From an uncultured Planctomycetaceae bacterium (lineage in GTDB: Bacteria; Planctomycetota; Planctomycetia; Pirellulales; PALSA-1355): DNA of 64,000 nucleotides. Made by a program: the position numbers and the translations under genes. Below are positions 11,194 through 23,369 of this stretch, piece by piece (position 1 is the first letter of the stretch; each line of letters begins with the position of its first letter). Below the pieces are notes generated by a model that worked only from the letters and a program-made list of their open reading frames with translations, was not told the origin of the DNA and did no database searches. The stretch spans positions 1 to 64,000 of the forward strand of contig CAWAUV010000008.1 in assembly GCA_963785305.1 (NCBI GenBank), given 5' to 3'.

Positions 11194-13458
11194 CTAGGCC
11201 GAACGCTGGCCGGGATAGCGCACGCGGCCGTGATACACGGCGGTGAGGCTCTTGACGAGGCTATCCTCGATCGTGGCCAGTTCTTGCAGCGTGAGGCCGC
11301 AGCTATCGAATTGACCATCGAGCAAACGCTTCATGGCAATCTCGTGAACAAGACTTTCGATGCGGGCCGGAGTCGGCTCGACCAGGGCTCGGCTCGCGCT
11401 CTCGACCGCGTCGGCCAGCATCAGCACCGCCGCCTCCTTGGTCTGAGGCTTGGGGCCGGGATATCGAAACGCGCTTTCCTCCACCTCGGAAGCATCGGGA
11501 TTCGCGGCGCTTTGCTCGTTGGCGCGGCGGTAGAAGTACTCGACCAACGTGGTGCCGTGGTGCTGCTGGATGAAGTCGATGATCGATTGGGGCAGGTGAT
11601 GCTGCCGGGCCAAGTCGGCGCCGTCCTTGATATGCGCGATGATAATCAAGGTGCTCATCGCCGGCATCAGCGAATCGTGGCGATTGGCGTCTTGGCCCTG
11701 GTTCTCCACGAAGTAGCCGGGCTTGAGCATCTTGCCGATGTCGTGAAAATACGCGCCGACGCGCACCAGCAGCCCGCGAGCGCCGATGCTCTCGGCCGCG
11801 GCCTCGGCAATCGAGGCCACATTGATCGAATGGTTGTAGGTGCCCGGCGCCCGACGCACGAGCTCTTGCAATAGCGGATGCGCGACGTCGCCCAGTTCGA
11901 GCAAACTCAATTCGGTTTGCACTCCGAACAGCTGCTCGATAAACGGCAACAGACCGGTCATGAGGAACCCGGCCACCACGCAGCGCAGGCCGAATTGCAC
12001 GGCGTCGCCATGCAGCGAAATATCGAACGGCTGTTCGACCACCGTGCCCACGCCGAGGGTGGTGGCGAATGAAACGGCGCCGACGCCGAAGCCGACATAC
12101 ACCAGCTTGCGGCGCCCGCGGATGCGTCCGACAAGCATCACCGCCGTGGCCACCGAAGCGGCGAGAATCACATAGTCGGCCAACCCTTGCCCGAGCGAGA
12201 AGACGATAATCATCGCCACCGCGGCCGAGAGCAACAGGGCAAGCTCTTGGTTGTAGGCAATCGCCACGGTCATTCCGAACAGCAGGAGCGGGATCAGCTC
12301 GCCGCGCCAATTGTCGCGGGCGCCCAGCACCGCGAGACCGACCGACACGATAACGAGTCCCAGCAGGGTGGAAAACTTGCGCACGCTTTCGAGCAGCCCG
12401 GGCTCATATCGCACCACATACACGCCCGAGAGCGTGAGCAGGGCGATGAACATGCCGAGCGTGGCCAACGAGTAATAGAGCCGGTGGAGCGGGCTGAACT
12501 TTTCGACCATCGTTTCGTGTTCGAGCCGCAAGAGAGCGAGCGAATCGTCGTTGAGCGGCTTGCCGGCGGGGGCCAAGATATCGCCGGGGCGGAAATGGGC
12601 ATAGACATCGCCCACGGCGCGAACCGCTTCATCGCGCCGCCGCTGGGTTTCATCGCGGCTGTAGGTGAGCGTCGTGGGCAAGTTGGGCCGCAGCCAGTCG
12701 AACACGCGCTCCGCCACCTCGGGCGAGGTAATCACGCGATGAAGCTGACGGCGCAGTGGTTCGGCTTCGCCGACCAGCGCCTGGCCCACGCTTACCAAGT
12801 CGGTGTCTTGCGGCTTGTCCTTCGGATGCACCACGATCTCTTGCTGATTGCCCTCGCCATGTTCGGGCGGCAGCTTTTGCATGATGCCATGCCGCTCGTA
12901 GGGGCCAAGGGCCTCGGCCACTTCCTTGTCGAGCTGCTTGATCGCGGCTTCGTTGGGTAGGGCTTCATGGAATTTTTGAAAGTGCTCGGCGAGTTCGGCG
13001 TCGGTCCGCGGAGGAACTCCCGGCCTCGGCGGCGCGAAGAACTCGAGCCAGGCCTTGTGGTCGGCTTGTTCATAGGTCTTGGCGCCGAGCAGTTGCACCA
13101 CGCTGTTGACCAGCTTGGCGTTGAGCTGCACCAGCGGCTCGGGGTCTTGCTCATAGACGCAATTCACATTTCGGCGGGCCTTGTCTTGTGCCGCTTGCGT
13201 GGCCTGCGGGTCCTTGCGGGTGAAATCGACTCGGGCCGTGATATCGCGGGTCGGCACATAGCCGGCGCGAAAACCCAAGGGCGGCGCCCAACCGCCGGTC
13301 ACGCACCAAAGCAACAGCGCCGTGACCACGCACAGGCCCAACCGGCCGAGCACATCGCCGCGCTGCAAATGATCGACCGTGCGCTCGACCAAACCCGGGG
13401 GCAGTTCGAGGGCGGCGACCCGTTCGGAGCGCGTGCGTTTTTGCGAGCCTGAACCCAT
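11194..13458 (-). CDS. 7TM-HD phosphohydrolase (PgpH/YqfF-like)
   Basis: Extracellular domain, ~7 TM helices, APGTYNHS, GAYFHDIGK, HHGTT, YPGPKPQ, LADAVE; usual phoH-HD-ybeY synteny. Confidence 0.9.
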   Translation of the reverse strand: MGSGSQKRTRSERVAALELPPGLVERTVDHLQRGDVLGRLGLCVVTALLLWCVTGGWAPPLGFRAGYVPTRDITARVDFTRKDPQATQAAQDKARRNVNCVYEQDPEPLVQLNAKLVNSVVQLLGAKTYEQADHKAWLEFFAPPRPGVPPRTDAELAEHFQKFHEALPNEAAIKQLDKEVAEALGPYERHGIMQKLPPEHGEGNQQEIVVHPKDKPQDTDLVSVGQALVGEAEPLRRQLHRVITSPEVAERVFDWLRPNLPTTLTYSRDETQRRRDEAVRAVGDVYAHFRPGDILAPAGKPLNDDSLALLRLEHETMVEKFSPLHRLYYSLATLGMFIALLTLSGVYVVRYEPGLLESVRKFSTLLGLVIVSVGLAVLGARDNWRGELIPLLLFGMTVAIAYNQELALLLSAAVAMIIVFSLGQGLADYVILAASVATAVMLVGRIRGRRKLVYVGFGVGAVSFATTLGVGTVVEQPFDISLHGDAVQFGLRCVVAGFLMTGLLPFIEQLFGVQTELSLLELGDVAHPLLQELVRRAPGTYNHSINVASIAEAAAESIGARGLLVRVGAYFHDIGKMLKPGYFVENQGQDANRHDSLMPAMSTLIIIAHIKDGADLARQHHLPQSIIDFIQQHHGTTLVEYFYRRANEQSAANPDASEVEESAFRYPGPKPQTKEAAVLMLADAVESASRALVEPTPARIESLVHEIAMKRLLDGQFDSCGLTLQELATIEDSLVKSLTAVYHGRVRYPGQRSA

Positions 13459-13464
13459 GATCGA

Positions 13465-14413
13465 CTAACGCCGTTTCTTCGGTTCGTCTTCGTAAGCGGA
13501 CACGATATCTTGCACCAGACGATGGCGAACGATGTCCTTGTTGTCGAGCGTGACCATCGCCACGCCCTCGATCGCTTGCAGGCGATGAAAGGCGTCGATC
13601 AAGCCCGAGCGGGCATGGGCCGGAAGGTCCACCTGCGTGGTGTCGCCCGAGACGACCATCTTCGTGCCATGACCCATGCGCGTGAGAAACATTTTCATTT
13701 GCGAGGCGGTCGTGTTCTGGGCCTCGTCGAGAATGACGAAGGCGTCGTTGAGCGTGCGGCCTCGCATATAAGCCAGCGGAATCATCTCGATCAGGTCCTG
13801 CTCGCGGTAGCGCTTGATGAGCTCGAAGTCCATCATCTCGCTGAGCGCGTCGAGCAGCGGACGCAAATAAGGATTGATCTTGGCCTGCAAATCGCCGGGC
13901 AAGAAACCGAGACTTTCGCCCGCCTCGACAGCCGGACGCACCAACACGATTTTGCGAATGCGCTTGCGCTTGAGCGCTTGCACCGCCATGGCCACGGCCA
14001 AATAGGTCTTGCCGGTGCCGGCCGGCCCCAGGCAAAACACGAGATCATGCTCGCCGATCGCGCTCGACATAGCGCGCCTGGCCCGGAGTGCGCGGCCGCA
14101 CCGAGCGTCCGGCGTGGCGAAGCTCGATAATGGGCGCGGCGTCGACCGGACCGTGGCCCGCGACGCGCGTGAGCAAATGATCGACATCCTCGGTCGAGAC
14201 AATCCCCTGCCGCGAGACGAGCCCCCGCATCTGTTCGAAGACTTCGGTAGCCTGGGCCACCGTTTTGTCGGCGCCTTCAATGATGATCCGATCGTTGCGA
14301 CTGGAAATAGCGACTCCCAGCGCTTCGCGGATGCGACGGAGATGTTGATCCCGGGCGCCGAAGAGCGCGATGAGCGCTTTGGCATCGGCGACCGGAATGG
14401 TAGCTTCTGGCAT
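13465..14413 (-). CDS. phoH: PhoH family ATPase, frameshift near 14065
   Basis: [49 protein letters not shown]. Confidence 0.93.
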
Positions 14414-14666
14414 TCTTAATGAGCGGCGTCGCCCGGACTCGAAACGAGCAAATCCGGCGAGCCGACTCTTCCAAAATTGTGGAACCGTCAGCCTTAACTA
14501 TACATGATCGGCGCCGCTTGAGGACAGAGAGGCTGGTTTTTCGGACGCAAGCTCTTTATGGTATTGGCGATGCGTTGAATTGCGGCGAACCGCGAAAGGG
14601 GCCGCGGAAGCTCTTGGAAAAGGAGCGGACCCGAGCGCCGCGGCGCAATCGAACACATGCGGCGAA

Positions 14667-15573
14667 TCAGGAATTGCAATAAAGCAGCCATTGCCAAAAC
14701 AGCATCGCGATCGGCGCCGGCAGCAAAATCGAATCGAGGATATCAAGGACGCCGCCGAAGCCCGGCATCCAGCGGCTCGAATCTTTCACGCCCAAGTCTC
14801 GCTTGAGCAGCGACTCGGCCAAGTCGCCGATCATGCCCGCGGCGCCGACCACGATTCCATAGCCTAACCAAAACAAGCGGGGAGCGTGCGGCGCCGAGTC
14901 GCCCAGCGCAAGCGGGCCCAGCCAAGCAATCGCCAGCCACGCTGAAAGGGTCGCGAAACCGATCGCGCCGGCGGCGCCTTCCCACGTCTTGCCGGGGCTC
15001 AGGACCGGGGCCATTTTGTGGCGCCCGATGAGCCGGCCCACGGTATAGGCTCCGATGTCGCCACATTTCACCACGGCGACGAGCGTGAGCAGCGCCCAGA
15101 GACCGATTGGGCCCGAACCCAGCGATCGCAGTTCGATGAGCGCGCTCATGAAGAGCCCGATATAGACCAACGCGAACACGCCGGCGGCCAAGTCGGTGGT
15201 CACGCGGCCCGGCTTTTCATAACGCTGCATTTCGCCGAGAAAGCAAGCGATCGTGGCGAGCATCGCAGCCACGACAGGCGCCATGTCCGTGGCAAGTCCT
15301 GCCATATGCATCGAGTCGATATTCGCTCGCGCGAACACGGCGAACATCGTGGCGCCGACGATTGCGAGATTGCCGCCATAAACGATTCCGCGCCGGGGCC
15401 GCAAATCGCGTCCGGCCATCATCGCCAAAAGTTCTTGAGTTCCGAGGATCGTAAGCCCGACGCGCGATTGGCGCGAGGTAGGCGCCTGGGCGGCTGGCCC
15501 GCGCGTCGAGCCAGCCGAGGACGGCGAGCGCCGCGATAAGAATAATTCCCAGCAACATTCGCCAGCGGAGCAA
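14667..15573 (-). CDS. cdsA: Phosphatidate cytidylyltransferase, frameshift near 15460
   Basis: DIGAYTVGRLIGRHKMAPVLSPGKTWEG, GDLAESLLKRDLGVKDS, PGFGGVLDILDS; follows uppS. Confidence 0.92.
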
Positions 15574-15671
15574 TCGGGCCGCCTTTCGGGCATGGAACGC
15601 GACAGAGCAATGGTTCGATGGAGCGGATCGTGGGCAAGGAAATCGACACGCGGACGAAAACGGGCGCGGCG

Positions 15672-16500
<829 letters not shown>

Positions 16501-16537
16501 GGACCCATGCTCCCGAGTGTGAGTACGCTCTCTGAAA

Positions 16538-17845
16538 TCAACCGGTTTGGGAAGGAAGCCGACGCACGATGGTTTGGGCCCGATCCGGCCCGACCGACAC
16601 CACCTCCACCGGGCGGCCGATCAATTCACTGAGCCGCTCGAGATACCGTCGAGCGGCGCCGGGCAGGTCCTCGTAGCGCCGCGCGCCGCGTCACGTCGCT
16701 CCGCCAGCCCGGCAGCGTTTCCAGCACCGGCTTGGCCCGCCGCAGGTCGTCGACATGGCTCGGAAAATTCGTGACGCGTTTGCCATCGACTTCGTAAGCG
16801 GTGCAGATTCGGATTTCCGACATTTCGTCGAGCACATCAAGGAGCATCACCGCCAGCGAGTCGACGCCGCTGAGCCGGGCCGTGTAGCGGGCCGCCACCG
16901 CGTCGAACCAGCCGCAACGCCGCGGGCGCCGCGTGACGGTGCCATATTCATTGCCGCGATCGCGAATATGTTGGCCGATCTCGTTGTCGAGCTCCGTGGG
17001 AAACGGCCCGCCGCCCACGCGAGTCGAATAAGCCTTCACCACGCCGATGACCTTCTGAATCCAGCGGCCGGGCACTCCCGAACCATTGGAAGCGCCCACG
17101 CCGGAACTGTTGCTGCTGGTGACAAATGGATAAGTTCCGTGGTCGACATCGAGCAGCGCGCCTGGGCGCCCTCGAACAGAATGCGCTTCTTGGCCTCGAC
17201 CGCGTTGAGCAGGTAGGCGGTCGTGTCGGCCACGAAGGGTCGCAGCCGCTCGGCGAACCGCTGGTAGTCGGCCACGATCGCCGCCGCGTCGAGCTTCAGA
17301 TAATCGACCCCGCCCGACAGACTCACCAGCGAACGCTGCTTGGCGGCGACGATATACTCGATCCGTTGGGCGAATTCGGGCCGAAACAGATCACCCAGTC
17401 GCACGGCATGGCTCCGGGCCACTTTGTCGCCATAGCAGGGTCCGATGCCGCGCATCGTGGTGCCGATGTTCTCGCCGCTGGAGCAGCTTTTGTCGAGCGC
17501 GCGATCCTCGGCGATATGCCAGGGAAAGATCACATGCGCCCGATCGCTGAGCATCAGATTGCTATCGACGCGCACTCCGCGCGCCTTGAGACCATCGATT
17601 TCGTCGAGAATGCTGGGCGGATTGAGCACCACGCCGCCGGTGACGACACACTGCACATTGGAGGCGAGGATCCCGCTGGGAATGAGCGAGAGCTTGTAGG
17701 TTTGGCCATCGGTCACGACGGTGTGGCCGGCATTGCTGCCGCCCTGATAACGAACGACGATTTCATGTTGCTCGGTCAGGAGATCGACGAGCTTGCCTTT
17801 GGCCTCGTCGCCCCATTGCAGCCCAATAACGCATGTAACAGGCAC
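16538..17845 (-). CDS. purA: Adenylosuccinate synthetase, frameshifts near 17160 and 16685
   Basis: [76 protein letters not shown]. Confidence 0.95.
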
Positions 17846-18233
17846 GGGAAGAAACCTCGAACGCTGAAGACCGGAAAAAAGCGGGCCGCGAACGCCTCCC
17901 CGACGGTGGGGGTCGCGTGTTCGGCTCGCGGGGCAACTCGCCGCGAACACGGCGCGGCGTTTTGGGGAGAGACAGCGCAACAGTGTAAAACAAACCACGG
18001 CGCGGCGACAGTGGCGCCCGGGCGCCGAGCTCGCGGATTGCATCTTCCCGACACGCTCCATCGGTTTGCCGGATGGGTCCGGGAACGATTCGCGGGCGGC
18101 CAGAAGACATGCACTCGCGGCGATTCCCTTCGCCAGGGGGGCAGTGTCGCTCGCCGGGCGCCCCGCCGCCCCCCCGGACCAACACGCAGGGCGACTCTCC
18201 CGCGGGTTCTTGCGCTTCCCTCACGCGGTCGAA

Positions 18234-18242
18234 TGATATAAT
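18234..18242 (+). promoter_or_regulatory. Extended -10 promoter element upstream of iscA-like gene
   Basis: TGATATAAT (TGnTATAAT) 60 nt before ATG 18302. Confidence 0.45.
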
Positions 18243-18301
18243 GTGAACGGCGCCGTTGTGAGTTTTCAATTTTTTCATGCCAGTGAGACGGACAAAGAAT
18301 C

Positions 18302-18634
18302 ATGGGTATCATTCTGACCGAAAAGGCCGCCACGGCCGTGAAGCGCTATCTCGAAGACCAGAAACTGCCGGAATCGGTCGCCCTGCGCGTGGCGATCGTG
18401 GGCGGCGGTTGCAGCGGTTTTTCGTATAATTTGCATTTCGACGAAGCTTTCGACGAAAAAACCGACACGCGCACCGATCAACATGGCGTGAAGGTGGTGG
18501 TCGACAAGAAGAGCGACCTGTTTCTCGATGGCACAACTCTCGATTTTCACGACGGGCTCGACCGGAGCGGCTTCACGTTCGACAATCCCAACGCGGTGAA
18601 ATCCTGCGGCTGCGGCAGTTCGTTCCAGGCTTGA
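18302..18634 (+). CDS. HesB/IscA A-type Fe-S carrier protein
   Basis: LTEKAA, GGGCSGFSY, FDNPNAVKSCGCGSSF. Confidence 0.93.
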   Translation: MGIILTEKAATAVKRYLEDQKLPESVALRVAIVGGGCSGFSYNLHFDEAFDEKTDTRTDQHGVKVVVDKKSDLFLDGTTLDFHDGLDRSGFTFDNPNAVKSCGCGSSFQA

Positions 18635-18736
18635 TCGCAAGCTTCGCGGATGCGCCATGGCGGACTTTGGCTTGGCCGGCGCCGTTTCATCGGCGCCGAG
18701 CCGCCAGAGGCCGTGCCGCTAGCGCCGCCGAAGACC

Positions 18737-18764
18737 CCCGCGCCGGGAGCGCGGGTTTTTTTTG
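18737..18764 (+). terminator. Rho-independent terminator
   Basis: CCCGCGC-CGGGA-GCGCGGG stem-loop followed by T9. Confidence 0.7.
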
Positions 18765-18881
18765 CGCCTCGACCGGCGAATTCAGCACTCCGGCGACCAA
18801 GAACGCCCGCCAAGTTGTTGCAATCGAGCGAAATCGCCCGTTCTCCCAGCGGCTGCATGGCAATTTACGGGCGAGCGCATT

Positions 18882-18909
18882 TTGACACGCGTGCGCCTTG
18901 AACTAATCT
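18882..18909 (+). promoter_or_regulatory. Putative sigma70 promoter for diguanylate cyclase
   Basis: TTGACA, 16-nt spacer, TAATCT. Confidence 0.45.
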
Positions 18910-19002
18910 TCTTCGGGCGACGTTCTCTCGAGAGAGGGCCTTTGTTCGCCGCCCGAACTCGTTTTATTCTCCCCAAATGGGGGCATCTTAACCACCCGAC
19001 TC

Positions 19003-20553
19003 ATGCTGGCCACTGCCATGACTTTGCTCGCCGCTCTCCCGGTATCGCTCATGTTCGTCGATCTGCTTTCGTCGCTGCTGATGTTGTTGATTGGCATCGG
19101 CGTCGGCTGGTGGTTGAATAGCGCCGGCGGCGCACGCCCGAGCGAGGCCGCGCCGGGCGCCGGGCCATCGCTCGACGCCGATCGCACCGCCGAGATCCTC
19201 GCCCGAATCGGCGACCTCGCGACCAGCGTCGCCACGGGTGTCGACGAGCATAGCAGCGTGGTGGCCAAGTGCAGCACGGAATTGGCCGCGGCCCAAAACA
19301 GCTCCGCGCCCGACCGCGACCAGCAGGTCTTGCATTCGCTCACCGAAATTCTTCAGGCCAATGAGCGTCTCAATGAAAAACTGGCCACGGCCGAAATGCA
19401 GATTCAACGCCAGGCCGCGGAACTGGAAACGCAAACCGCGGTTGCGCGCACCGATGCCTTGACCTCGCTCTTCAATCGCCGGGCGCTCGACGACGAGCTC
19501 AACCGCCGCATGGCGGAGTGGCATCGCCGTCAGTCGGTGTTTTGCCTGGTGATGATCGATGTCGACCATTTCAAGAAATTCAACGATGTGCATGGGCATC
19601 AGGCTGGCGATGAAGTGCTCCGCGGAGTGGCGAAAGTGCTGAGCCAAACGATGCGCGAGATGGACATGGTCGCACGCTTCGGCGGCGAGGAGTTCGCCCT
19701 GGTGCTGCCGATGACGAACCTGATCGAAGGCCGCCGCGCCGCCGAGCGGGCCCGGGTGGCGATCGAGGGCGCCATATTTCCTTTCGAGAATTCCGATCTC
19801 CGTGTCACGGCCTCGCTGGGCGTGGCCGAGGTGTCCGACGTGGATCAGGTCGGCACGCTGGTCAAACGGGCCGACGCCGCGCTCTATGGCGCGAAGAAGT
19901 CGGGACGCAATCGGGTCTGGCACCACGACGGCGATGATTGTTTCGCTTCCAACGAGCCGGTGGCCGCGCCGGAATCGCCGGCCGCCACTTCCCCGGAAGT
20001 CGCGTCCGGCAATTCGCGGACAAACGAGGCTCGGCGCAATCCCGCGGCCGAGGTCACGACCGCGAACTTCGGCCAAGAACTGCGTCGCCGAGTGCTTGAA
20101 TGCGAACAACAGCAAGTTCCGGTTTCGTTGCTCTATGCTGATATCGATGAATTGCCCAAGCTTGTCGCCGATTGGGGCGCGTCGGCCACCGACGCGATCT
20201 TCAAGCAACTACTCGACGCCGCCGACCCGCTGAGCGGCGAGACGGGCTACTTGGCCCGGGTGCAATCGCGATTGGCGATTGTGCTGAGCGGGGTCGACGC
20301 CGAGGGCGCCACCGAGCGCGGCGAACGCTTGCGCGAGGCCGTGCTCGCTGTCGGGCCGCGGCTGCGTGGCAAGCAACTCAACTTCACGATCAGCGTGGGC
20401 GTGGCCCAAGGACTGCCCAACGATGGCGTCAACGGACTGAGCCAGCGCGCCGACGCCGCCGCGCTCGCCTCGAAAGCCTCGGGCAAGAATTGCACCCATC
20501 TGCACAATGGCGCGACCTGCAAATTGATTTCGCCGGCGACGGCCGCGGTTTGA
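19003..20553 (+). CDS. Membrane-anchored diguanylate cyclase with second degenerate GGDEF domain
   Basis: TDALTSLFNRR, DVDHFKKFNDVHGHQAGD, RxxD I-site (REMD), RFGGEEF; second domain (DIDEL..TISVGVA..SKASGKN) lacks GG(D/E)EF. Confidence 0.9.
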   Translation: MLATAMTLLAALPVSLMFVDLLSSLLMLLIGIGVGWWLNSAGGARPSEAAPGAGPSLDADRTAEILARIGDLATSVATGVDEHSSVVAKCSTELAAAQNSSAPDRDQQVLHSLTEILQANERLNEKLATAEMQIQRQAAELETQTAVARTDALTSLFNRRALDDELNRRMAEWHRRQSVFCLVMIDVDHFKKFNDVHGHQAGDEVLRGVAKVLSQTMREMDMVARFGGEEFALVLPMTNLIEGRRAAERARVAIEGAIFPFENSDLRVTASLGVAEVSDVDQVGTLVKRADAALYGAKKSGRNRVWHHDGDDCFASNEPVAAPESPAATSPEVASGNSRTNEARRNPAAEVTTANFGQELRRRVLECEQQQVPVSLLYADIDELPKLVADWGASATDAIFKQLLDAADPLSGETGYLARVQSRLAIVLSGVDAEGATERGERLREAVLAVGPRLRGKQLNFTISVGVAQGLPNDGVNGLSQRADAAALASKASGKNCTHLHNGATCKLISPATAAV

Positions 20554-20922
20554 TCGCCGTCGCTTTGGTTTCCTGACGCTCTGGAGACTCTCGGAAACGC
20601 GTCGCCAAATGGCAAGGCGAGTTTCGGAAAAAGGGGCGCCAGTCGGTCCCGCGCGGAGGGCTCGGCCGATTGCCCGCTTCGCCGAATTCCCTGGCGATGA
20701 TGCGCCAGAAGAATTCGCGGGGTAAAAGCTTGTTCCCACGAAGTTTCGTCGCCGCATTCGTTTCAAGGCGTCGAAAAGCAGCTTGGCGCCGATGTGTTCC
20801 CCAATGGGGGGCGTGTTCTTCCACGAACGTCGCCGCGGCCGGTCGCAATCAAGCTAAGGTTGCCTTAAGACCCCTCGACGTGTGGGCCAGTCGCTTCGTG
20901 ATGCTTGTAGGGATGCGTGTGC

Positions 20923-22205
20923 ATGTCGCTTGTAGAGACCGCCGATCCTTGTACTCGAACCACGGCGTCGGCCGTGAGCGAAGGCGAAGCCTGGTCGCGA
21001 CAGCGCACGGTGGTGCTGGCCTTTGGCCGCCGAGTCAACGCCGCGGCAACCCACACGTCGCTGGTCGACGACGCCGCGTCGCTCGTGGCCGAGACACTCG
21101 GCGTGTCCTATTCCAGCGCCGCCGTGTGGCACGAATCCAGTTCGCAGCTCCATTTGCGGCTTTCGCGTGGCGGGGGCGTCGTGCGCGAAGCCACGATTCC
21201 TTGGAGCGGCGATGTCACGACGATCGACTCCGTGTCGGGCCACGCGATGTCGCGCCGCGAGACGCTGGTGTATCCCAATCTGCAAAACACGCCGTTTCGC
21301 GATGGCTTGCTCCGCACCTCCGGCATGCGCAGCGGACTGGTGGTTCCGCTCGGAACCGCCGATCGCATGTTGGGCGCGCTGGGGGTCTTCGATCTGACCG
21401 AGCGCGAGTTTCTCGCCCATGAAATCGAATTCGCCGAAACCATCAGCGAAATGCTTTCCGCCACGCTCGGTCGCTTGCGGGCCGAATCGCAGTTACGCGG
21501 CGAACGCCAATTGGCCGCCGCGATGTTCGACGCGAGCGATGAACCTGCCGTGCAGACCGATCTCGAACATCGCGTGATCCGCGTCAATCGCGCGTGTGAG
21601 GCTGCCTTCGGTTTCCCGTCGGCGGAATTGATCGGCCGCTCGTTGTGGAATGCTTTCGCGGCGCCCGAGGCCAAACACGAAGCCGAGCGGCTTGGGCGCG
21701 ACGCGATCCAGTCGCGGCAAGCGATCGTTGGAGTGCTTTCGCTCAAAACGCGGCAGGGCCAGCCAAAGCCGCTAACCGCGACGGTTCGCGCCGTGGTCAA
21801 CGAGCATCAGGAACCGGTTTCGATCGTGATTTGCGCAGCGCGGCCGAGTCGGCGAATGCCCAGGCGAGCGGCGACTCGCAACCGTTTCGCGAGGTGCGCG
21901 ACACGATGGCCCCCGCCCGATCGAGCCCGCAGCGCACCTTTCCCTATCGGCAACGCGTGGCCAAGTTCGAACCCGGCCGAGCGCCCGAAACATTGGACTT
22001 CACCGAAGTGCAATTCGAGGATATCTCGGCGGGCGGCGTTTCGTTTTTTCTCAACTCGCGGCCCGAATTCGAAAAAGTGGTGCTGGCGCTCGGCGCGGCG
22101 CCCAATCTACATTACATCGCCGCGCAAATCACGAGCGTGGGCGACCTCTCGCGCGATGGGGCCCGGCTCTTCAAAATCGGCTGCCGCTTTCTCGACCGCT
22201 GGTAA
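20923..22205 (+). CDS. GAF-PAS-PilZ signalling protein, frameshift near 21840
   Basis: GAF (SGLVVPL..LGALGVF..REFLAHEIEF), PAS (VNRACEAAFGFPSAELIGRS), PilZ-like C-terminus (RSSPQR..EDISAGG..IGCRF). Confidence 0.75.
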
Positions 22206-22243
22206 ATCACGGCCGCGTCGCCGGGTCAGCGTGCGGGGGGAAT

Positions 22244-22357
22244 CCACGTAAACGCGTGGAAGAGCGCGGAAGAGCACGCAATACATCGTCAAGGATGGGA
22301 ACCCGGGAATTTGGTTTGCCCAATTATTCCGTGTTTTGTCCGTGCGTTTCCGTGGCT
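22244..22357. repeat. Solo, diverged CCACGGAA...TTCCGTGG hairpin element
   Basis: Left arm CCACGTAAACGCGTGGAAGAGCGCGGAAGAGCACG, right arm TTCCGTGTTTTGTCCGTGCGTTTCCGTGGC; same design as 42174 and 56356. Confidence 0.65.
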
Positions 22358-22493
22358 AGAATTTCTTCCGCCATTTCAAGGCGGCGCGGCGAGTTCTCGC
22401 GATAGCGACATGCCGCGCGGATTTTGACGGCGCCGTCCGTGGCGAGACTCGCGATTGCTATTTGCTTCGCTCCCCGATTTTTGAAAGACGTTT

Positions 22494-23300
22494 GTGACCG
22501 GGCTCATCGACACGCATTGCCATTTGGACCAAGAGGAGTTCGACCAGGACCGCGGCGCCGCGATCGCGCGGGCACGCGAGGCGGGGCTCGAGGCGATCGT
22601 GGTGGTGGGAATCACCGCGGCGACGAGCTCCGTGGCCGCGGCGCTCGCGACCAGTGATCCGCTGCTCCATGCGGCCGTGGGCATTCAGCCAAACCATACG
22701 GCCGAAGCGGCGCCGGGTGATTGGCGGACGGTGCTCGAACTTGTCACGCGGCCGCGAGTCGTGGCGATCGGCGAAACCGGGCTCGATCGCTATTGGGATC
22801 GGGCGCCGCTCGATGTGCAGCAAGATTATTTCGACCGCCATTTGCGGCTCTCGGCGGAAACCGGCTTGCCGTTTATCGTGCATTCCCGCGATTCCGACGC
22901 GGACGTGCTGGCGATGCTTCGCGCGGCCCACGATCGCGGCCCCTTGCGCGGAGTGATGCATTCCTTCACCGGCGCCGACGAGACCGCGGCCGAGTGCCTG
23001 GCGCTGGGCCTCTATATCAGCTTCGCGGGCATGGTCACGTATAAAAACGCCCAGCGGCTGCGCGATCTCGCGGCCACGATTCCCGCCGATCGCATCTTGG
23101 TCGAGACCGATAGCCCGTATCTGGCGCCGCATCCTCTTCGCGGCAAGCGAAATGAGCCGGCGAATATCGTCCACACGGCGTCGATCGTGGCCCAAGCCCG
23201 CGGCCTCGACCCGGCCGAATTCGCCGCCCTCTCGACCGCCAACGCCCGCAAGCTGTTTCAGTTCGACCGGGCAAGCGCGGCGCAGCCGATCACGGGTTGA
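22494..23300 (+). CDS. tatD: TatD family hydrolase
   Basis: IDTHCHL, AIGETGLD, IVHSRD, GVMHSFTG, LVETDSPYLAP..RGKRNEP. Confidence 0.92.
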   Translation: MTGLIDTHCHLDQEEFDQDRGAAIARAREAGLEAIVVVGITAATSSVAAALATSDPLLHAAVGIQPNHTAEAAPGDWRTVLELVTRPRVVAIGETGLDRYWDRAPLDVQQDYFDRHLRLSAETGLPFIVHSRDSDADVLAMLRAAHDRGPLRGVMHSFTGADETAAECLALGLYISFAGMVTYKNAQRLRDLAATIPADRILVETDSPYLAPHPLRGKRNEPANIVHTASIVAQARGLDPAEFAALSTANARKLFQFDRASAAQPITG

Positions 23301-23369
23301 GGGGCATCGTCGATTGGCGATAACAATCACTTGATTTGCTTTGCACTCACGAAGCGCGGTGCAATCGAT

